In this document: positions 27,052 through 38,080 of the stretch, piece after piece | Layout: the number at the start of each line of letters is the position of its first letter | Position numbering within the stretch: the first letter of the stretch is position 1 | Assembly (NCBI GenBank): GCA_010093815.1 | Contig: ML996565.1 | Origin: Pseudovirgaria hyperparasitica | Lineage: Eukaryota | Strand: one strand, 5' to 3' | DNA length: 64,000 nt | The notes under the pieces: model-generated | Database searches by the model: none | Told to the model about the DNA's origin: nothing | What the model saw: only the letters and a program-made list of their open reading frames with translations | Made by a program: the position numbers and the translations under genes

Positions 27052-27943
27052 TGCTGACTGAAAGTGTAGATATTTTGTTAAATTATATAGTCAGTCAAAA
27101 GTTTCAAGAATTTGGATGTCAGAGGGGGACGGAAGATGAGTACTTGATTGCGTGATTGTGTCACAGTGTTGAATTTATTTCTGTCTTGGGCTTGTCTTGT
27201 TCACTTGAGTCCCTGCTTGACCTGTGCACAGCGAAATGACATAGTTTTTGACAGCTCTTCAGATTCAGACTACCAGCAGCAGTAACACCTAATTGAAAGG
27301 GCTTGCACACCTCCATTTTCCATCTCTATCTCACCACACGACTATTTTCACCGTAATCAAACCCGATATTTCTCCCTCAACCTCCATCCACATAGCGCAG
27401 TAGCATCACAACTTGCACACAATTAAACCCTTCCCAACGCCACGCTCTCACCAAACCCGTATGCTAAGACTCAGATAGATACTACTCACTATTTCTTACC
27501 TACCCATATGGCTACACACTCAGAATCAATGACCTCGCACGATATCATCTGCGTACTTTCTTCTGTGTATTCATTCATGCACAATCGCGCATGACATGAC
27601 ATGATATGCGCGACAAGGGAGAGGGTGTCTCCGAGCAAGAAAGAAAGCAAGCAAGCAAGCATAGTCGCTTCCCCGTGCTATGCTCAAATTCCAACCCGTC
27701 CATCCATCTACATCCCACCCTTAGTCCCCATTAACCCCATTTACCCAACGCCCCAACGCCAGCATCCATCTCGAGCATGAACAAGCCGTTCCACAAAACC
27801 ACCCCCTTCCACCCCCACATATCTAAGCCGGAGCAAAGCGCCTCAAGGGGGTGGATCTAGGTCGCACGTGGAGGGCACGTGGAGGCCTATTCCATGTCAG
27901 TCTCGAAACAGTTGTACGTGTTGTTCATTGGTGGAGTGAGTGA

Positions 27944-27982
27944 GAAGGAAGGAAGGAAGGAAGGAAAGAAGAAGAAGAAGAA
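27944..27982. repeat. (GAAG)n/(GAA)n purine microsatellite
   Basis: gaaggaaggaaggaaggaaggaaagaagaagaagaagaa. Confidence 0.9.
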
Positions 27983-29111
27983 GTAGATGAAGAAAGGATC
28001 TCGGAAGGATCGATCGCTAGCACGTGAAAAAAAGAGAACCACTACGGTTTGATGTCCAGTCGGATAAAGAAAGGCGGATGGTTTGTTTCGGCAGAGCCTT
28101 CGTGGTCTGTTTGGGATTTGTAACTTGTGATTGATGAATGGATTGGGATTGTTGGATCGGGATTGATGCTGGTCCGTGGGCTTGTTTCGGAGATCCTTCG
28201 TGGTTGTTGTAGTGGATGGATGGGATTGATATTGTGGGGATGGCAAGAGCGCGATATGGAGACTTTCGGTATTTTGTCGTTCGTGCAATGACTGTGACGG
28301 ACCGACCCATGGACGGCCTGGCGATAGGTAGTGAGCTAGAATGACAGCATGCTGTGCATGTTTCATCTCCTCAAACATTGTGTCTGTGGGGCGGAGAAGT
28401 GCGAAATGCTGAAACAGGTGTGGCCTAGCTTGATTGCTGAGAGGAGGATCTATCCTGCTCAATTTGCCTCACATATTTCATTCGGCGTACACGGTAAAAC
28501 ACGGGTGTTACAGAAGATAGAGAATTAAACGACTATTCATTTGGTATCAGACAGGACATCCCGACGTCCCCAGAATGAAAGGGGACGCTTCACTCCGTTT
28601 CCACAGGCTAGCTAGCACAACAGTCAATCTCACCGTCTCACTTCGCTCAAGTATACAGATCGCATATTAGTAGATCGAAAATTCAGCCCTGACCACTCTC
28701 TATCACAAGACAGTACAGTGGCGGTCTAAGAGAAGGGCAAGGATACCTGAGAAACGAGGCAAGCTGATTGTGAAGATTCCCTGTTCCCAGTCAAATGCCC
28801 TCCATATATCGTTTGCCTTGCGTTGCGTTTCCGTGTCGTTGCGGGATAAGGAGGTAACAGGGAGAGATAAGAAAGATTCAGATTTTCGACAGAACGCCAG
28901 TATATGAGTATAAGAAACCCGCCGAATGCGCGTACGCAGATGATCTCGATGATGGCATATGAGAATGGGTAGGTTCGTCGTTATTGCTGCAAGTCGAAAG
29001 CCCCTAGGATGGTCCCAGGAAATGTGAGGATATGAGAAATTACAACCGCTGTATTGTCTTCGTAGTTTATTACTTTTCCAACGTGGCGCGTTTATCGTCG
29101 CTTGGCTTGTA

Positions 29112-30363
29112 TCATATTAAACCGCACATTCTAAGGTTCTCTTGGATTATGATATCTATGAATCATCAGTCGTGTTTCATTTGGGACAGGAGGGTAATGA
29201 CGTACCGTTGACAGCAGCCATAACGAAGCGAATCTGCATGGTGTCGGTAGCACATGTAAAGTGCGTGTATATTTGCTTGGTCTCATGTTGATTAAGGGAG
29301 ACAAAGCGGTTCAGGATATAGTCGCAAGCCGCGGCATAATCGGCACCACCTTCGTAATCGGGGAAGTAGTTCTTCATTGGACTGACCGGTAGCTTCTCTT
29401 TGAATCGATCGATCTTATTGAGAAAGAGAATGATGGAAGTCTTGACGAACCATCTTGAATTGCAGATGGAGTCGAATAATGTGAGAGCTTCTTGCATACG
29501 GTTGACAGTTTCATCCTCGAAGAGAAGCTGGTCGTATTCGGAAATGGCGACGAGGAAAAGAATGGTTGTGACATTCTCGAAGCAGTGGATCCACTTCTTT
29601 CGCTCAGATCGCTGACCACCAACATCGAACATGCGGTATGTCAAGTCACCGATGATAAAGGTAGTCTCAGTGATACCGGTCGTCTTGACACGCGACCGGA
29701 GAACATCCTGATCGTTGGGGATGTAATCGGGAGCCGCAATACGCTCAATGGAATCAAAGTAGCTGAGATTTGGGTCAGAAATGCGCATCCGGGCGATTGA
29801 AAATTGGTCTATCTGTGGGGATGTGCAAGAGAATAACTCACTATTTGGCGGAATCATTGAGTTGGTACTCTCGTGACCGACTGAAACACGATTGAACGCC
29901 AGCGTCTTTCCAGAGAACGCTAATGGCGTTACCGACCTCTGGCGGAAGGCTTTCACCTTCAATCTGACCTGGCTGCATGAAGATAGTCTGGACGTGGTAC
30001 TCGGCGCGCTGGTCGTCTAGGGGTAGCTCTAGTGACTCCATAGCCTCGAGAATCACCCTGATAGATGCCACTGTGTTGCTGAAGATGATCTCCTTGAAAG
30101 ACTCTCGCTCATCCCTTGAGTAGCCGCCTTCGTGGATAAGCTTCATCTGTTTCAAGATGGTAGACTTTCCAGATTCACCAGCACCTATCGTTCCATCAGT
30201 AAGAGCTCCGAAGCATTCGGTAGTAGCGCGAATGGCAGTACGCACCGAGAAGAAGCATCTTAATCTCATTTCGTTGCATCATCTTATCGCGCTTGAGCTG
30301 ATTTTCAATCTCCTCATTGCGGGCCTTCCCCTCCTTCTCTTCTGTGCTCATGCCACAACCCAT
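29112..30363 (-). CDS. fadA: Heterotrimeric G-protein alpha subunit, group I (FadA/GpaA/Gna-1 type)
   Basis: MGCGMS N-terminus, GAGESGKST, RSRVKTTGI, DVGGQRSERKKWIHCFE, FLNKID, TCATDT and a C-terminal CGLI. Three introns at about 30186-30244, 29765-29823 and 29156-29205. Confidence 0.97.
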
Positions 30364-33300
30364 TGTGATTGTGTTTGTTGATTCTTTCGTATGATGAGGA
30401 AGGTGGCAGTATAGAGATGAGTGGAGCCGTGAAGGACCGGCAAGTGAACGGACTGCTGCAAAGCGATAGCGTTAGCAAGGACTTTGTCCGATATTCTGAT
30501 CAGCGCTGCAGCCGAGCGATATATATGCACAAGTAATTGCACAAATCATTGAGTAGGACCGGTTACAATTGGGGATAAATGCGAAGTGGTCTGGCAGATA
30601 CTGAGTGCCTTGACCGCAGGCGTTCAGGGGATGAAGCAAGGGAACAGGGTCGCGATGATAGCTGCAGGGACTTACATGAAGCAAATTTGACAGACGCCTA
30701 ATCGCAAAGAGCAAGCAGTAATAAAACTGGCTGGCGGTGAGTTTGGTGATGGGAAGAGACGGTGATGAAGCTGCAGTTGGTGTAATAGTACGGTAGGACT
30801 GAGTGGACAGGCTGGTGCGAAGTTGCCAGCGGACGTGTAAGCGACGGCGTACCAGACAGCACAAAGGGTATCTTTGAGGGCGAATGTGCTGCTTGAACGA
30901 GACAGAGATGATTGAGGCTCTCTGTGATGTAACTCGCCAGGCTCTGATGCGCAAGAGAATGAAGAAGAGTTGATGATGTTCGGAGGGAGTAGAGCGAAGA
31001 AGACGAACGGGCTTGGAGTTGTTCAAGGAGCAAGTAGAGCGAGTAGGGCGAGTAGGGCGAGTAGTAGTGTGAAGGGACGTCTTGGTTGGCGATGGGATTG
31101 GATTGGTAAGGGCCTGTGCCTACTAGCTGTCGGGTACTAAACTGCCTAAAGAGCTAGCTGAGGGGTGGGTCCTGGGCTAGGGAGTGCACTAATAAGAGCC
31201 TAGGTAGTTCAGCGAACCTACGTTTTTTAGGGGGAGGCAGAGGAGGAGGCTGGGTGGGTGCTGGGGCCTGGCGCGATTCGCGAAAGCGAGATGCGACGAC
31301 CACTTGAAGCCTCGAAGCTGGAACACTGGCTTGTTGCTTGGCGTGTCCGTGTGTGTCTCGGGCTGGCCAGGTGCAGGTGCTGTGTGCTGGTCCAGGTTAC
31401 AGTCTCCTTATCCATCTCATTAGTTACTATTACACTACTTATTTCCTCTCTGTTCTCGCTTGCTTGTTTTTCGGATTGGTTTGGACACTGGCCGCATTGG
31501 GTAACGCTGGAGGAGCACATGGTGATTGCATGCTCCCTATCAATCTGACCACTCTTTGGGAGAGAGAATGGACTGGGCTCTCTTGGTGGAGAGAGCAGGC
31601 TGAACTCTACTACCACTGAACCGACAAACTCTTTCATCGATTCAACACTCAACACACCAACTACACCCACTTGCTCTCAACACGCTTTGCTCGAGCCTTT
31701 GCCACCCGTTCGGCATAGTGCAATTATGAGATATGATGCCCTCACACGCTACATTGCATAACACAACACCCTTCCATCCTTTGCTGATCTCACACCAAGC
31801 ACCAGAATCCTTCATCTCATTCACCTGCCAAAGATCAGGATGATAAGGCCGTAACAATCGAGGGCTCAAGACGATGCCTGGGGCTGAAGATACTCAGCGC
31901 CAGGCCATCGGCCGGGATCATAAATTAATAATAGACGGAGTCGAAGAGGACGAGCCTTCTCATTTGCTGGCTCCCCTTAGCGAAACCCTCCGATCAGCAC
32001 GGCGTCGCGCATCCTAACTCCCATTCCGCGGCCTCATATACATTGCAAACCATTTATTCCAACATCTATCCCGGCAATATACTCGTTTCGTCACCGCTAG
32101 TTCACCACTCTCAGAACGTTATATGATACTAAGACGGTAGCAAGAGCCTAATTATAGCTTGGTCCTACCCAAGTTTCGTGCAGTGTTCGGATGACCCGGC
32201 GTTTACGTTCTTCGGCACAAGTCAGTGCCTCTTTTTCATCTCCCGCCCTTCTAGAATCTGACTAGAAGTGGCCCCAATGAGCAGCCTTTTGTCTCGACTT
32301 CGATCGCTGTTTAGCTCGGTCGTTGAGACGTCCAGCTTATGTGTACTTCTCACATCCTTTGCATTGTGTGGCAATGTCATACTACCAGTCTCCATGACCA
32401 AACAACTAATTATGTTGTGGTTGAAGGCATCTGCATTGTGAGACCGCCCTCAATCGGAGTTGGCAGTATAGGGAGCAGTTTCCAATAGGAGAATACCCCT
32501 GGAGCGTGGCACTCCCAAGCTGCACGAAGCTTGACGTGATGGAGACGAATAAAAGACAAACCATGATTCATTTTCTCGGAACGCGATCGTTTCCGTCGAT
32601 TGCATCCACTTTTTCCCACTCTTCTTTGGGCTAGAATGTCCCGTCCGATCGTTGCTCCATAAACCGATCCTATACTATGGGGTACGTACCATCCTCCATG
32701 ACTCGCCTATACTGAAAGGCTTCATCGTAGTCAAAGTATGAACGACTGTACCTGGCACTGCTCTCAAGCCAGCCAATTTCCCCGACTCAGGCTGCAAACA
32801 AGCTACAGCTTATTCCTTAGTTTGCCGGTAGCACCCAATCGCTGTTTGCCCTACGACTTCTACACACGTTTCTCCACGAGCCGCGTCACATTCGGTTGAT
32901 CCCGTTTGTCAAAGGACTGGCCTTGCAGCTTGCATGAATGCACATCTTGCGTTGGAGTTCTGTTACATATCATGTATAGTGCCCTTGTCGATAGGAAACT
33001 CGTACTTCAGCTGACCTCTTACTCGGCAAGAGCTCACATCATGTATGTGACCTGAGTCTCGTGCATATGTACCTCTCATACAGAATAACGATCTTCAGCA
33101 TGTTGGACACGTCCACAAACTGACACATCGGGGGCCAAACTGGCCTCCACATAACACGCACTCATTGACAAATACCACATTGCGTCGTTCGACATGTCAC
33201 CTACGTCGAGCGATCTACACAGGTCTTGTTGGAATATCAAAGAGGCTGCAGCATTTGCGCTCGACATACTTCGCTATACATGATCTACGAGACAAAGACC

Positions 33301-34431
33301 GCGTTTGGGATACCGGTATGTTCTACGGCACATGCGATTCACGCCCATGGGACCGTACCGCATTGTTTGAATCGTTCTCAAAATGATCAAAGATAAGAAT
33401 TAGTTCAGTTTACGAACAATTAGACATCCAGAAGTTTCGGTCGCGTGTAGTCCTTTTGGCATTTTGCACAAGCAATCAGCGCTGAATCGAAGATGAAAAT
33501 GTTCTTTTTTTTCGGCCCCGCCGCGGTACCCGTCTGATCTTCACGGACGGGCGGGACTGACGGACAGATGCAATGCATCTGTAATACCGCCTATCAATAG
33601 CTGATGTCGAGCAGACTAAACGTCCAACGCTGTACTCACAGAGACCGAAAGATGGAAGTCATTGGCACTTGACTAGACGTCAAACACGTGAACAAGACTT
33701 CGGATCACCAAAAATGGTTCTGCGTCAGTGTGAGAGGAGACGGCATGTTGAATGCATGCTTAGCGAAGTCTTCCACCTATCCATGTCCTCTACGTATGAT
33801 CCGACACATCCCGACTCTCGACTGTACACTGTGCTCCAGTCTATCGGCTTTGTCGTCAAGTTTTGCGGTAGATTTACTGTTCAGGGAATATATCCAGGTA
33901 GGTAGTCATAATTTTTCTCCAGATTTACATCCAGACAGACTGCTGTAACTCACCAGATATCGATATATCTTTCTTCGTCTTCGCTACGCATCACGTGCTC
34001 CACTTTCCACGAAATGGTTTGAGGTGCAATAGAGACCTGTTTTGTTTCAGCCTGCTAATCTACGCGTTATGTGAAGGTATGATGTTCTCGCTGCTGACTG
34101 CCGGCTCTGTAGCACTTGTTATAAACAGTCATGCAATGCAATGCACCATGACTTTTCGCCACGTCCTATAGCTGAAGATACGTAAAATTAGAACGTGCAT
34201 AGCATCCATCCATCCGTCTCACAAGTCACAAAAAGTTCTTCGCTGCTTCTCGCCCCTGCCTCGGACCTGGAGATCGCCTTGGTGCTTCACAGTGTTATTG
34301 TATCCGAATTCGTCGTCGACATCACATTGAACTTTTGCTTTCCAACTTTTCAGTTCACCGTGGTTGGCTATCCTATTTATGGGTGACCGCGACTAGCTAT
34401 TCCCAGATAGCAAGCACGCTGCAAAATTAAG

Positions 34432-35085
34432 TCAAACAGGGCTGATCGCAGCCTTGGACGCGCGATCTAGCGCAATTGCGCACATGGCCTCAATCGCCTC
34501 CTCGCGTTCCTTGACTATATCGCCACGCGCAATTCGAGCACGCATATCTGCCAGAATATCCGGTAGCGGACGCCCGGCAACGAAGACCCTGTGTGCTCAT
34601 AGTTAGCAAACCTTTCTCTTTCTCTCCCTCCTTCTCTACTCCTAACCCCAGGTTTGGCAGCAGGCGAATAAACAAGCAAGCAGACCAAAAAAAGGCACTC
34701 ACACATATCGCAACCCCGGAAACGCATCCTCATACCGCGCATTTAGACGCTGCAACTCAGCCTGATCGCCCGTCAGACTGCCTTGCTCGCCCTTGCTCTG
34801 ACCCTGAACGCCCTTTTCGCCGAGGCGGGGGTGGCTGCCGAGAATTTGCTCGAGGGTGTGAAGGTGAGGTGGGGACGTGAGGGCGCGGGTGGCGAGGGCA
34901 AGCAGGGTGGTGCGGATGCTTGATATGAGGGCTGGGTAGGATTCGAAAGGTGGTGATTGCGGGAGTGGGGTGAGGAGGGTGTGGAGGGCCTGGGAGGGCT
35001 CGAAGAGGAGGGAGAGGACGGTGGTTTGGGTAGGTGTTGGGAGGAGGGCGAGGTGAGATATTGGTGGAAGGGTTGGGGTTGTCAT
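34432..35085 (-). CDS. OHCU decarboxylase (purine/urate catabolism)
   Basis: LSLLFEPS, ILGSHPRLG, SKGEQGSL, LNARYEDAFPGLRYV|VFVAGR, AMCAIALDRA. Intron at about 34589-34702. Confidence 0.88.
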
Positions 35086-35254
35086 GATTTTGGTTCTGGG
35101 GATGAGCAGATGGGTGATGCGATGGGACTTGTTGATGTCGCTGGGTCTAGATGGCGGCTTTGGGATGAGATGGGAAAGAAAGATGCGATCTCGAGAGAGA
35201 ATTCGAGACGTTCAACGCGAATTGCGAAGGGCTCGTTTATAGGTGATCTGGTCG

Positions 35255-35268
35255 GCGGCGACCGCCGA
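35255..35268 (-). promoter_or_regulatory. UaY/Ppr1-like site TCGG-N6-CCGc upstream of OHCU decarboxylase
   Basis: gCGGcgaccgCCGA about 170 bp upstream of the ATG, next to a TATAAA (minus strand, 35236-35241). Confidence 0.55.
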
Positions 35269-37096
35269 GGTGGAGTCTTTGGACTCTCAGCAGGATGAAG
35301 GAGATGGTTTGCGTATGTTTCGCGTGTCTGAAATCTACATCTTGTTAGCTGTAATATTGAAGATGTCGTATATCGCGCAAGTCAAATGAAACTTTCCAGG
35401 ACGGAGTACAGAAAAGATGGAAACAGCCATGAGAACGCAATGGGCTCCGACAACACTACATTCGAGACAACAAGGACAGTCTCATGCCCATCCAGCAAGA
35501 CCCGTCAGAGCAGAGCACTTCCAATATCGAATCGCAAGATCATTCAAGAAGCCAAATCCGCATCAGATCACAACGTTGACCTCGAATTACGTCCTCAGCA
35601 CTTCAAATGCACCAACAACCCACCATCTCAACCACCACCAAGCTCTTTATCATCTCCTCGTGGATCAACATACCACACCACCTCCATTTCCATATCCCCC
35701 TCCTCTCTCAGAACAGGAAACTGTAAATCTGCCAAAGAAGCCTCAGCACGTACCTCGAGTTCCGCTCCCAGCGGGATAGATGACGTGCCCCTCGCAGCAC
35801 GCAAAGTCACCAAAATTAAACCCCCTTACACTGACACACTGACACACAACGCGCAATCACCCTTCAATCAAAGAGTCCCAGACATCCGATGTTAATCCGA
35901 TCTCGTCCTCGTCCGAGGTTGCAACTGAAGCACACATCCGAAGCAGTTCTGGCCATCGAACACCACACTCGTTACAACTTACCACGCTCACGGGTGTGCG
36001 GCCCAAGAGGGGCGTTCCACGTGCCCCCTGGTGGTCCGCCGCATCCATTGTGGCACACCTCACGCGCATCCTTACTTACCTGGCTAATGAACAGGCAGTA
36101 GTCGCGCTACCCTAACTCACAGAACCCACCTAACCAAATCCACTATACCAAACCACCTACCTATGTAGGTAGGTACATAGTATTAATAGATAGGTGCCAG
36201 GTACTAGGTACGTTCACCTGGACACATGGAGTTGTAATTTGATATACATAGTAGTCAGAGCTAGGCAGGTACGTAAGTAATGTAGTAATAATTACTGGAC
36301 ACACACACACACAAAAGACAAGCTATCCGTGCTACCTATCGGTTGCTTCGTGTTCGGCTGCTCGGTCTGTCTGTCGGTCAGGAGTCGGTCGTATGCATAT
36401 ATCTATACATATACATATTTATGGCTCTACCGCTGCAATGGTGCGATACGTAAATGCTGGATTGAAGGAAAGCGATCGAGGCGCTGTGGTTGGAAGGCCG
36501 GGGGGAAGTGAATCGGATATACCGTTTATTAAGGGGGGTCAGGCATGATAACTAGGCACTTGAGTTGTTGGACGTGATTGTCTGCGGTATCCCTGGCGGC
36601 AAATGCCTTCTCGGACGAGTTACGAGAAGAGGCAGCAGCGTCAGCAGCAGCAGTATATTGTTGATTGATGACTAGATGTGATTGTGATTGTGATCGGGCT
36701 CGTGGGCGATGGTTGGTGGTAGTGATGATGGGAGCTTTTGGTAGGGGAATCCTGGAGGCCGGCGGATGCCGACGAGGTTAGGCTTGTGGGTATATTTGAG
36801 TATGGGGAGGGTATATTTGAGTATGGCCGAGACGGCACAAATAGGGAGGCACCCCAAAGTGGCATTATTATGAGTCGGGTGACTGTGTAGTAGCTACAGG
36901 TAGTATAGATACAGATGAGGAAAACTTCAGTGTCCGCCTGCGCCGCCTGTCTTGTAGAAACTCTTACCTACGCCGATTCTGAATGCCGCTGAAATACTGT
37001 CAGGAAGGCATTTTTGAGACATGTAGGACATAGGATGTGCACATTGTACGCCGCCCAATAACTTAGAAATTGCGCAAACACCCCGAAGCCGGATCC

Positions 37097-38080
37097 TTAG
37101 TTGTAGTAATCGAACCTGACGAATGCGAAACTTTTTTGCCGTTCCTTCTCACTTGAAATGTCTGCTTGTTGCTCTGCACTTGCATGTTGCTGTGTGGTCT
37201 GGTGTCTCAGGAGGTCTACCGATGTCGTCTGCTCCATCAACGCGGTCGTCTCTGGACTTGCAAACGCTTCAACGGAATCGTGGTCAACCAGTACAGACTC
37301 GCTTACACGATTAACAGTATCGTGATTCTCCTGTGATGGTTCATCTGTGTCCCCAAATGACCACGTGCATCCTCCGTCGTCGTCATCATCACCATAGTCT
37401 TCCTCCAGGTCTAGTGCATCATAGTTCGAAAGCCCAAGCGGGGACGGTGGCAGTGGGGTATAATCTCTCCTGGGTACCTGGGGCGAAGGACTCTTCTGAC
37501 GCAAGGCAGAGATGTTTGGGTCATTTGCATCTTCTCTTTGTATACTGGGCCCGCGAACAACAGCTGGTTGCGATACAAAGTTAGGCGACAGCACCGGTGA
37601 GAGCCCGCTCCTCTGAACAATAGGATGAGTCGAAGTATCCGGAGCACCATACAAGAATGTCTGACGAAGTACCTCCTGGGATTGGGCTGGTAAGATGGGT
37701 GGTGATATCTGACGTTGGCGTATACGATTGAGGATAGCTGCCTTGCGGAGGAGTTCACGACCTGTAGATTTCTGCTTGGCCCAGACGGCGATCTTGGAGG
37801 GCCCACGGTCGACGATATTCGTTGCGGGATAGGAGAACGGGAGTGATAGACGGGATGTAACGAGGAAGCGTCGGAGACGTCGTTTCTTTTTGCCTGAACC
37901 GGACGAATGCTCGCCATCGACATCGGCTACGGCTCGACAACGTTTACGAGGTATTGTCGTGTGATTTGGAGGTGGAAAATGAAGCTTCGGTTGAGGGCCG
38001 GGGGCTGTGAAGGAGAACACAGACATGGTGCTCGGAGGAGCAATATTAGGTGTCATGGAGCGCTCAGAAGTAACGGCCAT
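37097..38080 (-). CDS. Hypothetical fungal protein, probably nuclear
   Basis: Intronless 327-aa ORF. Basic NLS-like block DVDGE..KKKRRLRRFLVTSRLS.PFSYPATNI..SKIAVWA and PSPLGLSNYDALDLE resemble an uncharacterised Pezizomycotina family. Confidence 0.75.
   Translation of the reverse strand: MAVTSERSMTPNIAPPSTMSVFSFTAPGPQPKLHFPPPNHTTIPRKRCRAVADVDGEHSSGSGKKKRRLRRFLVTSRLSLPFSYPATNIVDRGPSKIAVWAKQKSTGRELLRKAAILNRIRQRQISPPILPAQSQEVLRQTFLYGAPDTSTHPIVQRSGLSPVLSPNFVSQPAVVRGPSIQREDANDPNISALRQKSPSPQVPRRDYTPLPPSPLGLSNYDALDLEEDYGDDDDDGGCTWSFGDTDEPSQENHDTVNRVSESVLVDHDSVEAFASPETTALMEQTTSVDLLRHQTTQQHASAEQQADISSEKERQKSFAFVRFDYYN

Noticed and set aside
27887..28462. 191-aa minus-strand ORF
   Set aside because: TTG start, runs through simple repeats, no domain features
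35386..35895. 169-aa Ser/Thr-rich ORF divergent from OHCU decarboxylase
   Set aside because: No motifs, and it lies in a C/A-skewed block where stops are depleted; cannot be supported
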